DNA from: Phoronis australis
Lineage: Eukaryota > Animalia > Phoronida
Assembly: GCA_002633005.1 (NCBI GenBank)
Contig: NMRA01000409.1
Location: 311,831-375,830, forward strand
Direction of reading: 5' to 3'
DNA: 64,000 bases
Shown here in pieces: positions 25,601-37,600 of the stretch (positions are counted from its first letter, which is position 1; the number at the start of each line of letters is the position of its first letter). The position numbers were made by a program, and so were the translations under genes. Under the pieces are notes generated by a model. It worked only from the letters and a program-made list of their open reading frames with translations. It searched no databases and had not been told where the DNA came from.

Positions 25601-28600
25601 CGACTGTGTCCCTCGCGACCTTCTACTCCACAAACTTCGATCCTATAGCATTACTGGGAATCTTCTAAACATGGTCACCTCATCCGATCGTAAGTACGGT
25701 GTTCGTGTCGACGGTGTACTTTCAACTTCATCGTGTCCTGGACTTGTAAACGAATTTGTATCGCAGGGTAGCGTATTGGGCCCTTTTCTCATCTTGGTTT
25801 ATATTAATGACCTTCCTGATAACCTGTCATGTAGCACATACCTTTATGCAGATGACACAGCGCTATTTTACCCCTTCGCAGGGAGCAGCCTTGAAAGTTC
25901 TTTGCAGCTTCAACACGACTCATAAACTCAACTATTGGTCACAAGAATGGAGAATGAATTTTATGCCAGAAAAAAGCGTAGACCTCACCTTCTCCAAATC
26001 TATTAATGCTCTCTTCCTTGATGACCCGTCTTATGGTAAAATCATTCCTAGAAAACAGTCGCACAGACATCTTGGTTTAATGTTAGATGAAAAACTCTCA
26101 TTCACACCTCACGTTCGGGAGCTCGTACAAAATCCTCAGAAACTAATTAATCCACTTAAGCTCGTCTCTTGTCATCTAAATTCTACACGTTTAGAAGTTT
26201 TGTTCAAATCCTTTATACTTCCACACATCGATTATTCTGATATTATACATCAGTCTGCCAATACGGGTGCACTCCAGCATTTGGAGAAATTACATTATCA
26301 AGCTGCCTTACTCGTAAAAGGAATTTTCGGGGAATCCAATAGTGTTAAGGTTTTGAATAGTCTCAAGTGGCCCAAACTGTCTACTTGACATTTGCTTTCA
26401 AAGTAATAAATAATATCAACAACGCCTCTGTCAAAAAATATTTGATCTATACTCTGGACAAGGCCATCGTAGTGGTTTGAGATCCTTCACCCCATGTGCA
26501 ATTCCTCCGTGGTTCAGTCAGGCATTCAGAAGGTCTACAGTTATGATGTGCATCAATATCTGAAATTCTCTTCTAGTCTCTGTCAAGGAAAGCAACTCTT
26601 TTATGAGTGTAATATAATTTTAGAATTGTTTTTCATAATTTTGATAACTCAAGTCAAGTTTGGCCTTCCCCGCGAAAACGAAATAGCATTGTACAGATCA
26701 AGTTGCGTTCTTTTCCTCAATTCAGACAAGTCTAGGCACAACTTTAGTAATGTCTCTCCAAACTGTAAATGTGGTGACCATCAACCTTATCCTCATTTTT
26801 CTTCAAATGTCACCTCATCGAATACCCAAGAGACTCACTCTTTCGCACACTAAGTGAAAACCAGTTATTTGTATATGCTCTCAATTCTTGTAACAATATC
26901 CTTACAAAAGTTACAGTTTTATTAAAATGTAGCCTAAACTTTGACCGTGTTCTCAATGAATTCCTCTTAAGCAATCAGATACTAGTCACATGTATATAAT
27001 GCTACTTATATTAGCGTCAAATGGCAGATACAACCGTGTAATAACCAATAAAGTTATCTCACTAGTGAGATAAGGATTTGGCGGGAAACCGAGGACGGAT
27101 TCGAACCCGGGACCCTGGAATTGCTGGTCGCCGACTTTACCACTACGCCATGCAGCGACTGACGTCATCAAGAGTGAAAATAGAATACTTAGATGAGCGC
27201 GCACAATAATCGTATGTTCAACAAATCGCATTGTATTGTACTTATACGCTACGAAAAATAAGACACATAATTTCCATAAAAATGATATCTTAGTTCAGTA
27301 AAATTTTTCTCTCATGTCCTCTTACTTGTAAATCACCGATTTCCAGTTTGAATTCGGGTATGGTGTCGTCAGAATCTTTGATTTGAGAATTATATTAAGT
27401 TACCAGTGGTAACCTACTTTAGCAGACGATAATTTCCCCTGTCGAAGCTTAGCGTGAAAAAAAACGTGTTTTAAGCTATAATAGTTGATAAACCTTAATT
27501 TATAAATTCAATTTATTTCTATTATATTTAAGTTTTCAATTGGTTTTGAGTAAAAGCATTATTGGCTTCTGACATAGAAAGTAGTTACAAAGCCGTGGAG
27601 AGTCAGAAAAGGTAAATCGATTCATTGCAATGTGTCTCGTTTAGCATGTGATATAAATAAATTATTACATGTTCTCAGCCGTTATCCCCCTTATCTAGAG
27701 CCCTCGTGGATTTTGGAGAATTATCACCCTCGGAGCTAACGCCCCTTGGGCGATAATTCTCCAAAATCCACTCAAGCTCTAGATAACAGGGGATAACGAC
27801 TTCACCATGTAATAATCTATATGTATACTACTTTCATCTGTGAATTGTCTAAAACCCTGATATAATGCTTCGCAATTTCTGGGTTTGTCAGTACCATCAC
27901 CACTGCCTTCATTACCACCATTACCATCGAAACAACTTTCACCACCACCACCACCATCGACACCACTATCACCACCATCACGCACACACACTAATGTTGT
28001 CTTCACCATCACAGGAGTGAGTGAGCTCGGAAGTTACTACGTGAAAGAACTCCACGCAGTGTCCAACCGCACCAACACAATCGCCAAGGATGGACTTCTG
28101 TTTTTAGCAGGTTATGGTTCGCTAGACACTGTGGTAGGTGACACACTGCAGAGATTTACATTATTTCAGTGATTTTCAGAGGCCGCATGTGAACATTTAG
28201 GCCCATGCACCTATATCCAAAATGAGGCGCATGCCCCTGTGTGAAAAACATCTCAGCAATGACCAAGACACAAATCTTCACGAATTAGTTTGAAATCTGA
28301 CATTTCCGTGACATAACGAAAAGTGTTAGTAGGTATTCAAAAGAACTGGCGCGGATTACATGACAACTACACTTGAATCTCGTGTTGTTTACCCACAATG
28401 CTGCAACATATCTATCGAGCAGTTCACTGGTTTGTTTTCTCTCCATTGGAGTTTCTGGTGCTACATGTATTTTATTTGGTCCATTGCTTTTTACAATTTT
28501 TCGTTTGACTGCCGTGCAGTGGGCTGCTACTCCTGCGGCCCAAAGTTGGATAAATTTGTGAAGTATCCATAGATAAGATATTTGCGGACATAATTTCCAG

Positions 28601-31600
28601 AATCATTCCGACATTTTTAAGTCGAGGTCAATGTAGCAACACGTTTCCTTACCTCCACTACAAAGATGATATATTTCTGTAACCGTCCTATTCCAATTGT
28701 CAAATATAACGGCTAAATTCAAATTAAACCGTTTTCATGTTATACATCAAAACAAACCATGATTAATTTTTTGATCAGTGTAAATACCCACTTCTGCGAT
28801 TCCTTGCATTCTCTATGATCTCAAGAAAAAATTAGCAAGGTTCTCGAAAAAATCTGATCCACGGTCATTTTAAGAGTGCTTTAAATCAGCAGTTGGCTTA
28901 TTTGCCGGACAACTACTTTTCAATCATTAAGTGAGAAGTAAGCATTAACCTACTATTTAGGCCAAAAACACATAACTCAAGACGGAAAGTTGTTTAAGAG
29001 ATAGTCGTTTCACCTCTACATATAAGCGAACCTTACGCGCATGCGCCAAAATACGAAAGAATTGAGCAAAATATTTTTGAAAAACCCGCAGCACTTTATA
29101 GATCTCAGAATTGCATGCAGCAAGGCAGGTTTCTTGCGTCTTTGGGGAGGTCACGCTTAATTAACCAGAAGTCTCGCTAAGTTTTTCTCAAATAAATGCT
29201 ACATTTGAAGTTTCCACTACTGTACATGTGATGTTGGAGTATTTAGCTGCAAATGTTATAAATAAATACAATTGAAAGAATATCTGCTGTGTGACGATTT
29301 TGCGGAAAATGTCAACCAAACATGTTATTTTCCAAACTTCGAGGTTATGAGTGTATTCGACTATACTCCAAAGACAGTACGATCTTTTTCTAATATAAAC
29401 CCAAGGCAGAATGTGTTGGGGCTCACGGCAATTCGTCATAATTACGTTTTGTCTACACCTCTCGTTAAAACTCGAACGATGCATCGTGCAAACGAGATTT
29501 TGTTCTATAAGTTAAAGGCCAACTCAAAGAGAACATGTTGCCATTCATCTCTTACATTTCTTCCAAACAGGCCAAACTATTTGAAGGGATTCTCCTTGCA
29601 GATAAACATTCGTTTATTGTTGCAACCGCTACGTTGGTGGACTTAGCACTACAGGTGAGACCTGCACGGAGTGCTTTTCAGAGCTAACACAGACGGAGAG
29701 GTACGAGCTGAGCTGGCTGCATCAGTTGAACGACAGCTGAGCTGACAGCTTATGCAGTGTATCAAGTTATGAAACTCAGATGACAGCAACTGAGTAGACT
29801 TGCTGCTAATTCATTCAGTTGTTCGCGCTTTGACGCTAGCTGTCAGCTCAGTGAACATCCACTTGAGGCAGCCAGCTCAGCCTATATCTCCCCGTCTGCC
29901 CTGACTCTATGAGGCACTCACACCCGACAGTTACAAAATGTGAACTTTACTTAATTACATACGACCCTTGTCTCACGAAGACTTCTATTCTGATGAACAT
30001 TTCATGTTCTCAATCTATTTTAATTAAACACTAGCACTATATGACGACCGTTTGCAGCATGAGTGTTTATCATCACGAGAGTTTTGTTTAAAATCCAGAA
30101 CTCTCTCTGCACCAGTCCCCCAGATAGCTCTCTTATATTGGTCGCTTCCTCTTTCGTCCTCAAGGCCACTTTTATTGCTCGATTAGATTTTTTTTTCTCC
30201 AACTGGCGCTTGGTCTCTTAGCCCTGCGCTGGTCCTTGTTACTTGCATTATTAATGTCAAGGTATCGCCTAAGGAAACTCAAGCGTTCATTAACTTTTCG
30301 CAAGTATGGTGTCAACATGAGAGTTCAACGGGGAAGTATACTAAATCCGATTCTGGGATATTAACAACAGCTACGCCGTCCAGGATAACCACATCTCGTT
30401 AAAACGCATTCGCTGTACTTCTAAAAGAAAGTTGTGGTTCGAGATGGAAAAGATGTGCCACCGCGACACCCGGCCAAGAGCGATAGGAACGCTTTCTGAT
30501 TTACATGTAGCAGACTTTTTTAACAATTTTCAAGCGTGCTCCGACTTTCAAATAACAGAGCATTATCTTGTTTCAAAAGCGAGCGTGATCTTGCCCCATT
30601 CAACATCTATGAATACTATACATGTTCACTCGCATCGGCTGGGATTGGTCTTCAACCGTTAATACCGAACATTTATCTGCGTTTTGCTAACCGTTGCTTG
30701 TAATGTCCTCCATTCTGCCTCCATTGTAGACCGGAACTATAATACTACTGTTGCTGACTAAGCTCCCTCAAACGTCGCCCATACTCATTCCAGTGATATC
30801 GCTCTACTTGGGAACTTTCACCCGACTTGCTATCTGCCTCGTTGCGTTCTTTATCAAGGCTCATGGAGGTTTGAAACCAACGAATGAGGTGAAGATATTT
30901 TATTTATAGGAAAATTATTATACAGTTATACTCTACACGTTCTTCCGTTGCTGGTAATGTTTTTTTTTAATTAGAACCGAGACCGGCAAGAGACCTTTTA
31001 TTTATGCTGCTCCAGCAATACGGAACTAGAACTCTCTTAGCCCAGAAATTAAACTTAATATTAAAACGTGACTGTAATTAACTTGCCCATCCTTTCACAG
31101 TTAAGTCATTTTACATTGATGTAAGAACTCTCACTACTTAGCACCATCACTTTGTTTATTTCCTCTATCTTAGTCAAATTTTCATCATCCTTTGTCATTT
31201 ATTTATTATTTGAATTGTCTCTTTGCAACAATTGTTTTACTATTTTATTGTATTACATTTAATTTACTGTTTGATATATTGTTGTTGAGCGCCCTCTTGG
31301 AAAGCAGTGCTGTTACTGGAGTGTCACCCTCACTTTAAATATTACAAAAATGTAAACGCTGTAAACATTTTTAACGTCATTCAATCTTTACTGGTTACAT
31401 GTATGGCTAACGGAGATCTTTATGTACATGTATATTTACATGTACATGTAATATGAAGGAACTCTTAATTGTCGTGCACGTGAAATGCACCCCTTCACCT
31501 CTATGGACACGGCTAATAAGGCTGTCAGCATGCCTTTATGAAGGAAAGAAGAGAGGGAGGGGGTGAGGGGAGGGACGGACTGACGGACCGAGGGAAGGTC

Positions 31601-34600
31601 GAACAGACGGACGGAAAGTTGGGTACCTTAAACATTTTTCGTGCCACGTTGATCAAAAACGTTGAAATGCAACAATTTCGCATGCCACGGTTATTCTTTT
31701 TGTTTGCAGGATAAACTAACTTTACTCGAAATACTTCGGTTCTGGGGGCCTCTTGCTTTGGTGGCGGCGTTTCACAAAATTAATCGACCACTCATCAACA
31801 TTTTGGTTGCAAGAAATGAACCTAACCCAGACAGTGCTTCTACGGTAAGCCAGGAGCGTCTCACAGCGTTCACATGCCGTCAAATCAGAAGAGATTTCGG
31901 ACGTCTGATGCGCCGTCTGAAAAAATCGCATGTGAACGTTCGTCTGACCTGTCTTATATTGTCTGTTCCCAAATCAGACTACAGATCTTCCTTGTACACG
32001 TAAGGTTCTGTTTACCAATGAGGAACCTGGACTAAAAATTCATATACTTAATCCATGTTGAAGTCCAGCGCAGATTAATAGACAGACTGATCTTGAGTTC
32101 ACGTTAGAGTAGAACGGAAATGTCAAGGATGATGTCGAGTTCGATTTCCAGTTTAAAGTGGAGACCCCTGTAGCCGGTTGCATGAAACAGTCCCAAATAG
32201 GGACTCAACTAAGATCTGTAAGTCTACTGCGTATTTTTGGACCTGTGAAAACACCGATTGCCCTTTCTTGTATTGTTTTAGTTTCATTAATAAGTCAACT
32301 TTTGATTTTTATGCAAAGCGAGAGTGAATTGTCAATATTTTCGGAAGTGGTTAGGGATCTTTTCATGCAACACCCCCAATTTAAGGACTGAGTCCCTATA
32401 TATTTTCAACGAATTCTGGGCTCAGTATATTATTAGAAATTTTCATTAATCAAAGAGGAGCTTATAATAAAGATGAAATGATAGAAAAATTACACCAGTT
32501 AGTCCGTAAAGACACAAAATATTGAAAAGGCTCAGGGACATTAGTTGAGTCCCTATTTGGGACTGTTTCATGCAACCGGCCACAGGTGGAGTAACATTTT
32601 TAACAAGACGTGTGTTGTGCGAGAACCCTCAAGATCTTGCTAATCTTTGCCGAAATGTGGTCATATATCTCAAGCGAAGCACTAGTGCACATTTTCATTT
32701 TTGCATAGAATTATGGTACTACCAACAGCCAAATGTCAAAGAATAACGAAGTGTCGGTTCAAACCCAACTAAATGTAGGCTACATATTGTGCAGCCTAGT
32801 GCTTTTAAATACTAAAAGTTGTCTCATTTCATAGATTCCAGTCAGAGAGGGAGAGGGTTGCGATTCTTACCCAGAGTTCGACTCTTCATTTCAGGCTGTA
32901 GCGGTATTTTCATTGGTACTTCCAACAGCACATTTTTTCTACGCTGGTCTCACAGGATTGAAAGTCGTCGTACAGCCGTTTATGAAGGTTCAACAATTTT
33001 TAATTCAGTGTTAATTAACGAAGAAATTAAGCACAAGTATCTAGCTTCACAGGTCCATCATACAACGATTTACAGCATTCGTAAAGATGATGAAATATAC
33101 ATGAAAATCCATCTATACTTACTTCCGCCATGTGGCTGTTTCATAAACAGCGACTTGAGTCTTTCTTTCGCTGTTCTGTGTAACGCAATATGGCACGAAA
33201 AAGCTACTTCATTGATCACTTGACGAGGCTGCGTTTGAGAGATTATATTGTGTTTTTTGTATATTGCTAAAGTATAGCTGGAACTAGCTGGGTATCCAAG
33301 TGCATACCACATAGCAAGAGTAAAGCAAAGGAAAGCTTTAAAACCAAAGCGTATGTGAGAGGAGGTTGACGCGGTAATAATGAGGTGCTTCACTTCAACT
33401 ACTTCATTACAAAGAAATGAAGAGATTCCTAAAACATCGGATTTAAGAAATGTGCATTTAAAAGAAATACTCGGCTTGCGGCTTGTGTCAAGGCAAGTTG
33501 GTTATATGTGGCTAAGTGCAAACATTTGAGGGTGAGACTTTGGCAAATGCGCGTTTAAACTCTCGGTTATGTGTGCAATATAGGTACTAATATAGGGCCT
33601 AAATACGCCTGTGCAACTAGAAAGTTTTGCACGACGCATGACGTCAGCTCGCGATAATGCGACACTGTTGTACAACCGCGCCCCGCTGTCGGACTCGAGA
33701 CATTCTTCAATAATTTTATAAATTAAGCTAGTCTTAATGTGCAAAAATGCTCATTCAGTTCACAGGCGCTCGAATCTTACCATGCCTCATGTTCATTATT
33801 ATATACAAACATAGTGACGTGTCTGGTTGGTGTGAGGAAAGGTTAGATTTGAAACTTGTTGTTAAGTTGTTTGCTTTCTGTCGTATTCCCAGGGTAAAAA
33901 CTCGAAAGGTCACGCTTACAGGTTACGAGAACTCGGGATGTTTTCTGCAGCTATGTGTTGCTGCAGTTTTTCGGTAAGAAATCAGCAATCGGTATCTGGA
34001 ATCTATCTGCCGTACGATTTTGAAATAACAGTTCTATTTTCTTCACAATAACTATTGTTTATGTAGCAATTTCTGAGCATGATATTGCTTGTAAAGCTGT
34101 CTAGTTTAAAGATTCTGGAAATCGAAATATAATTTTCTTATCAGGTCTATGCAAGGCCGGTCATGTCCAACCAGTCTGCATTGTGTTTGCATCACACCCA
34201 TAGCGATCCAGCTTTCATTGGATCAATTTAGTCGCTTAAAGCGACCCTTTTTTCGTCATCCAGTTTTCTTAGAACAATTTTGTCGTTTAAAGCTTCGCTT
34301 TCTTCATTAGCCTACAGTTGATGGCAAACATCTTCCCGTACTTTTGTATTCCCTACAGGTGATGTTACTGGTCTTCTACATTCCTGGTGGCACCGAGGGT
34401 ATAATGACTGAGCTGATGTCGACTTCAGACAAGATGGCAGCGCTCTGTGTCTTGCCACTGCGAATTTTTACTTTTTTTCCGTTTACAGGTAACTGTGCAA
34501 CTGTTGTCAGGTTTGCCATAAAACAGTAGTCTGCATTTTTATCCAATGGACTCTTGCAATCAAGTTTTTAAGATAAATGGATATTTTTGTGCGAAGGTCA

Positions 34601-37600
34601 ACGTCGTACGATCACATCTAAGGCAAATCGCACTACCAATGGTTGTTATATCGTGCCGCGACGTACGTTATAGATGGGAAGGCTTGATTATCCAATGTAA
34701 CGTTTAGATTGCCGATGAAAAGAACCGACTTTTCGACGGGAAGGACAGGCTCAAAGGGCGAATGGGAAATGGGAGAAGCGGGGTGTAAAAGTAGTTCCTT
34801 GTTTTGTTTTTTTAGTACGCCAATAAAGCTTTCACTAAATAACAACTCTTGAAGTGGACGTAGTTAGCCACACCAGAGCAACTGTGCGTCGAATCCTGGT
34901 CGAATTATACATTTTTGGCAACTGAATTCGGTTATGTATTTTTTCGTCCGACTTTAGCTCTGTAATGTCAAAGTAAATAAAATTTTACTGCTTGCCATGC
35001 GACACGACAAGTGACCTGAGAAGGGAAATTGAAAAATCGTCCGTCATTCCTATCGCAATATTGGCCTTCCTATTTCTCGTCTGTTTATCATGATTTTAAG
35101 TAAAACCTTCCCATCTGAAGGTCCTTTCTTCAATTTCTGCTCCAACCTCCCCATTTTGGACCGGTCGTTGCCATGGCTACTGCGCGCTTTGGCTCCCCGA
35201 ATGATCAAACCTATACAATTGTGTCCAATTAATTAAGGTAGGTTTTATTTTGAATTAAAATATGGCTTTTCTATTTGAAAGCGTTCCTTTTTTCTTTGTT
35301 ACCGCTGAGACTGCACTTGTACGCTGAACTGAACATTTCCCGACGCTACGAAATACATGTACATGTATTCATGATAACGGTCGCTCGCAAATGACAGCGA
35401 GAGAGATCACGAATTTTTTATTTCATAGTGGGAAGACCGGGGCGAGTTCCTCGGAGTGAGTTTAACCACTCCCGCTCCATTCCTCGAATTTTAAGCAAGC
35501 CCACACATTCTCCTGAATAATCTTGTCGAATGATATAGATAACCAGCCTAAAAAGCGAGGGGCTTGAATTTTTGAGAATGTGGACTTTTCCTAAGATTCA
35601 AGGGGTACAACCAGAGATATGAATTGTGCATTCGCCGAATTTTGTTAGTTTCTGCCTTTTTAGTAGACTTCTATCTGGTTTTCTTCTTTTTTGGAGTTTT
35701 TGTTTCTCAGAGGCGGACCTTTCCGCCCATCTTCGTCAAATGTGGGGAGCCTCATTTGAGCCCCCTGAGCCCTTTCCCCTGGTGGGTGCATACTTGAGTC
35801 CCCCCGGGTGCGTGCGTACAGCATACTAAAATCAAAAAAGAGGAACAAAATGACATCATACCAATCAAGCAAACAAGAGACTAATTATTCGCTTGTTTGG
35901 TGTTATGTCATTTTGACGCTGTTGAGCTAGTCAATAAAACTGAAATGTCAAAAGTAAAAACAAATACAATAATTAGACCAGATTTACATATCTCAGTAAC
36001 TTACTAAACACTTCTAAATTTTTACCGGACTAGGGACCTGGGCCCGGTCTCTAATCTTTGTACTCGAAACGAACTCGAAACTATTTTTGGCAATTTCTCT
36101 GCCCCTTTTGTGCGAACTTAAGACAATTGGTTATCAGACTGTGCTCGAATACATTATAGTTTATGCACAGGAGTTTCTAGTTTAAGTTTGCCCTTGAAGA
36201 CCCTTATATTCGTGCTACAAACTCGAGTAAAAACTCGAAATTTCGAGTTCAAACTCGAACTTATTGCTTTAATATTGGGTTTACAAACTGTGAACTAAGG
36301 GCAATAAATTATCTACGTAAGTTATTGTGTACTCGAGCATAGAATAATAGACACTTATCTTGAGTTCGCCCAAAAGTAGAGCAGAAAATGCCAAACCTAA
36401 TTTCGAGTTCCATTTCGATTAAAAAGATTGGAGACCGGGCCCTGGTCAATTCCAATTCTTCTGAACTCCTCGGGAGCATGCAGTGGGAGCAACCATTGTC
36501 GGACCACACCGGTCAATCCAAACACATAATTTTGCAAACTTTTCAAGTGCTAAATTGTCTCCATGGTTACCTGAATCGGAAAAAATCCAAGACCAGCAAA
36601 ATTTTGGTGAATGTAATGGGACTGCTTTTCTATTAATATTTGTGGGTCCAAATCGCGTCATAAACGTGTGATAAAGGAGTTGTGTTTCAACGTCCATTTG
36701 CTTTCATCAATTGCTCACGATACAGTCACGTTTAAGTGCCACTTGGGCGAGCCCGTGCTCAATGGATGAAAGAAGTTCACCTCGGGAAGAACTCGCCTCT
36801 TGCCATGTTTGCTTTTAGCTTTTCAATCTACATGTCGCAGATTCGCGCCAAATGTCAACACGAACAGACAATTTGATTGGCTGATGTATTACATGAAGTC
36901 ACACAATTATAAACCACGGAAAAGTGTGGATCCATGCCTTTAAAGCTTTACTTTACTTCATTTTAGTGTGCGTTCAGGCCTTCTTCTCAAGTTGGTTAAT
37001 ATCCAAGAAACTGACGGGTTATTTGGCCCCTGGGAGCTTCGTGCGGTCTTTAGTGGTCTTCGGGGCTTTATTCATTTGGCCACAGGTGGGGTAAGTATCG
37101 AATGCTCAGCTCAGTCAATGTTACAAGATCTTCTTTTACGAAACCTACATGCCAACTTGTGAGATAGGAAGTATAAGTTAAAAAAATTGTGTATTCTTGT
37201 CTTTAACTTGCAAGATTGACGCCAATGGTACATTAGTAGGCGACAGAACGAGAATTGGTTGAAATCATCAAAACAAGATTTTTTATCCTTTTAACGACAC
37301 GTGTCTATAATTTGGGAAGGTAGCACAAACAGAAATTAAAGTGATTGTTTTATAATTCTGGTATGTTCCACAACAGCTATGGCGGGAGAAGAATCCGAAT
37401 TTCTTTGAAAATCTTTGCGTGGCAAAAATTGCTAAGCAAAGCCAGCACATAAGGGAACAGCTGGTTGCAGTCTGGGGATCATCTCGCACACATGTTGAAG
37501 AACACACGGCGAGTCACGGAAAGCTGAACAGATATACCGCTCTGACTGAGCAGCAAGATTGTGGAACAAGACCTCAAAATGATCCATGGGATCACAATTC

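Noticed and set aside
27085-27159. Possible tRNA-Ala gene on the minus strand
   Set aside because: The acceptor stem does not pair and the sequence continues into a SINE-like body.
30000-30700. Possible old LINE fragment on the minus strand
   Set aside because: Similarity is too weak to assign.
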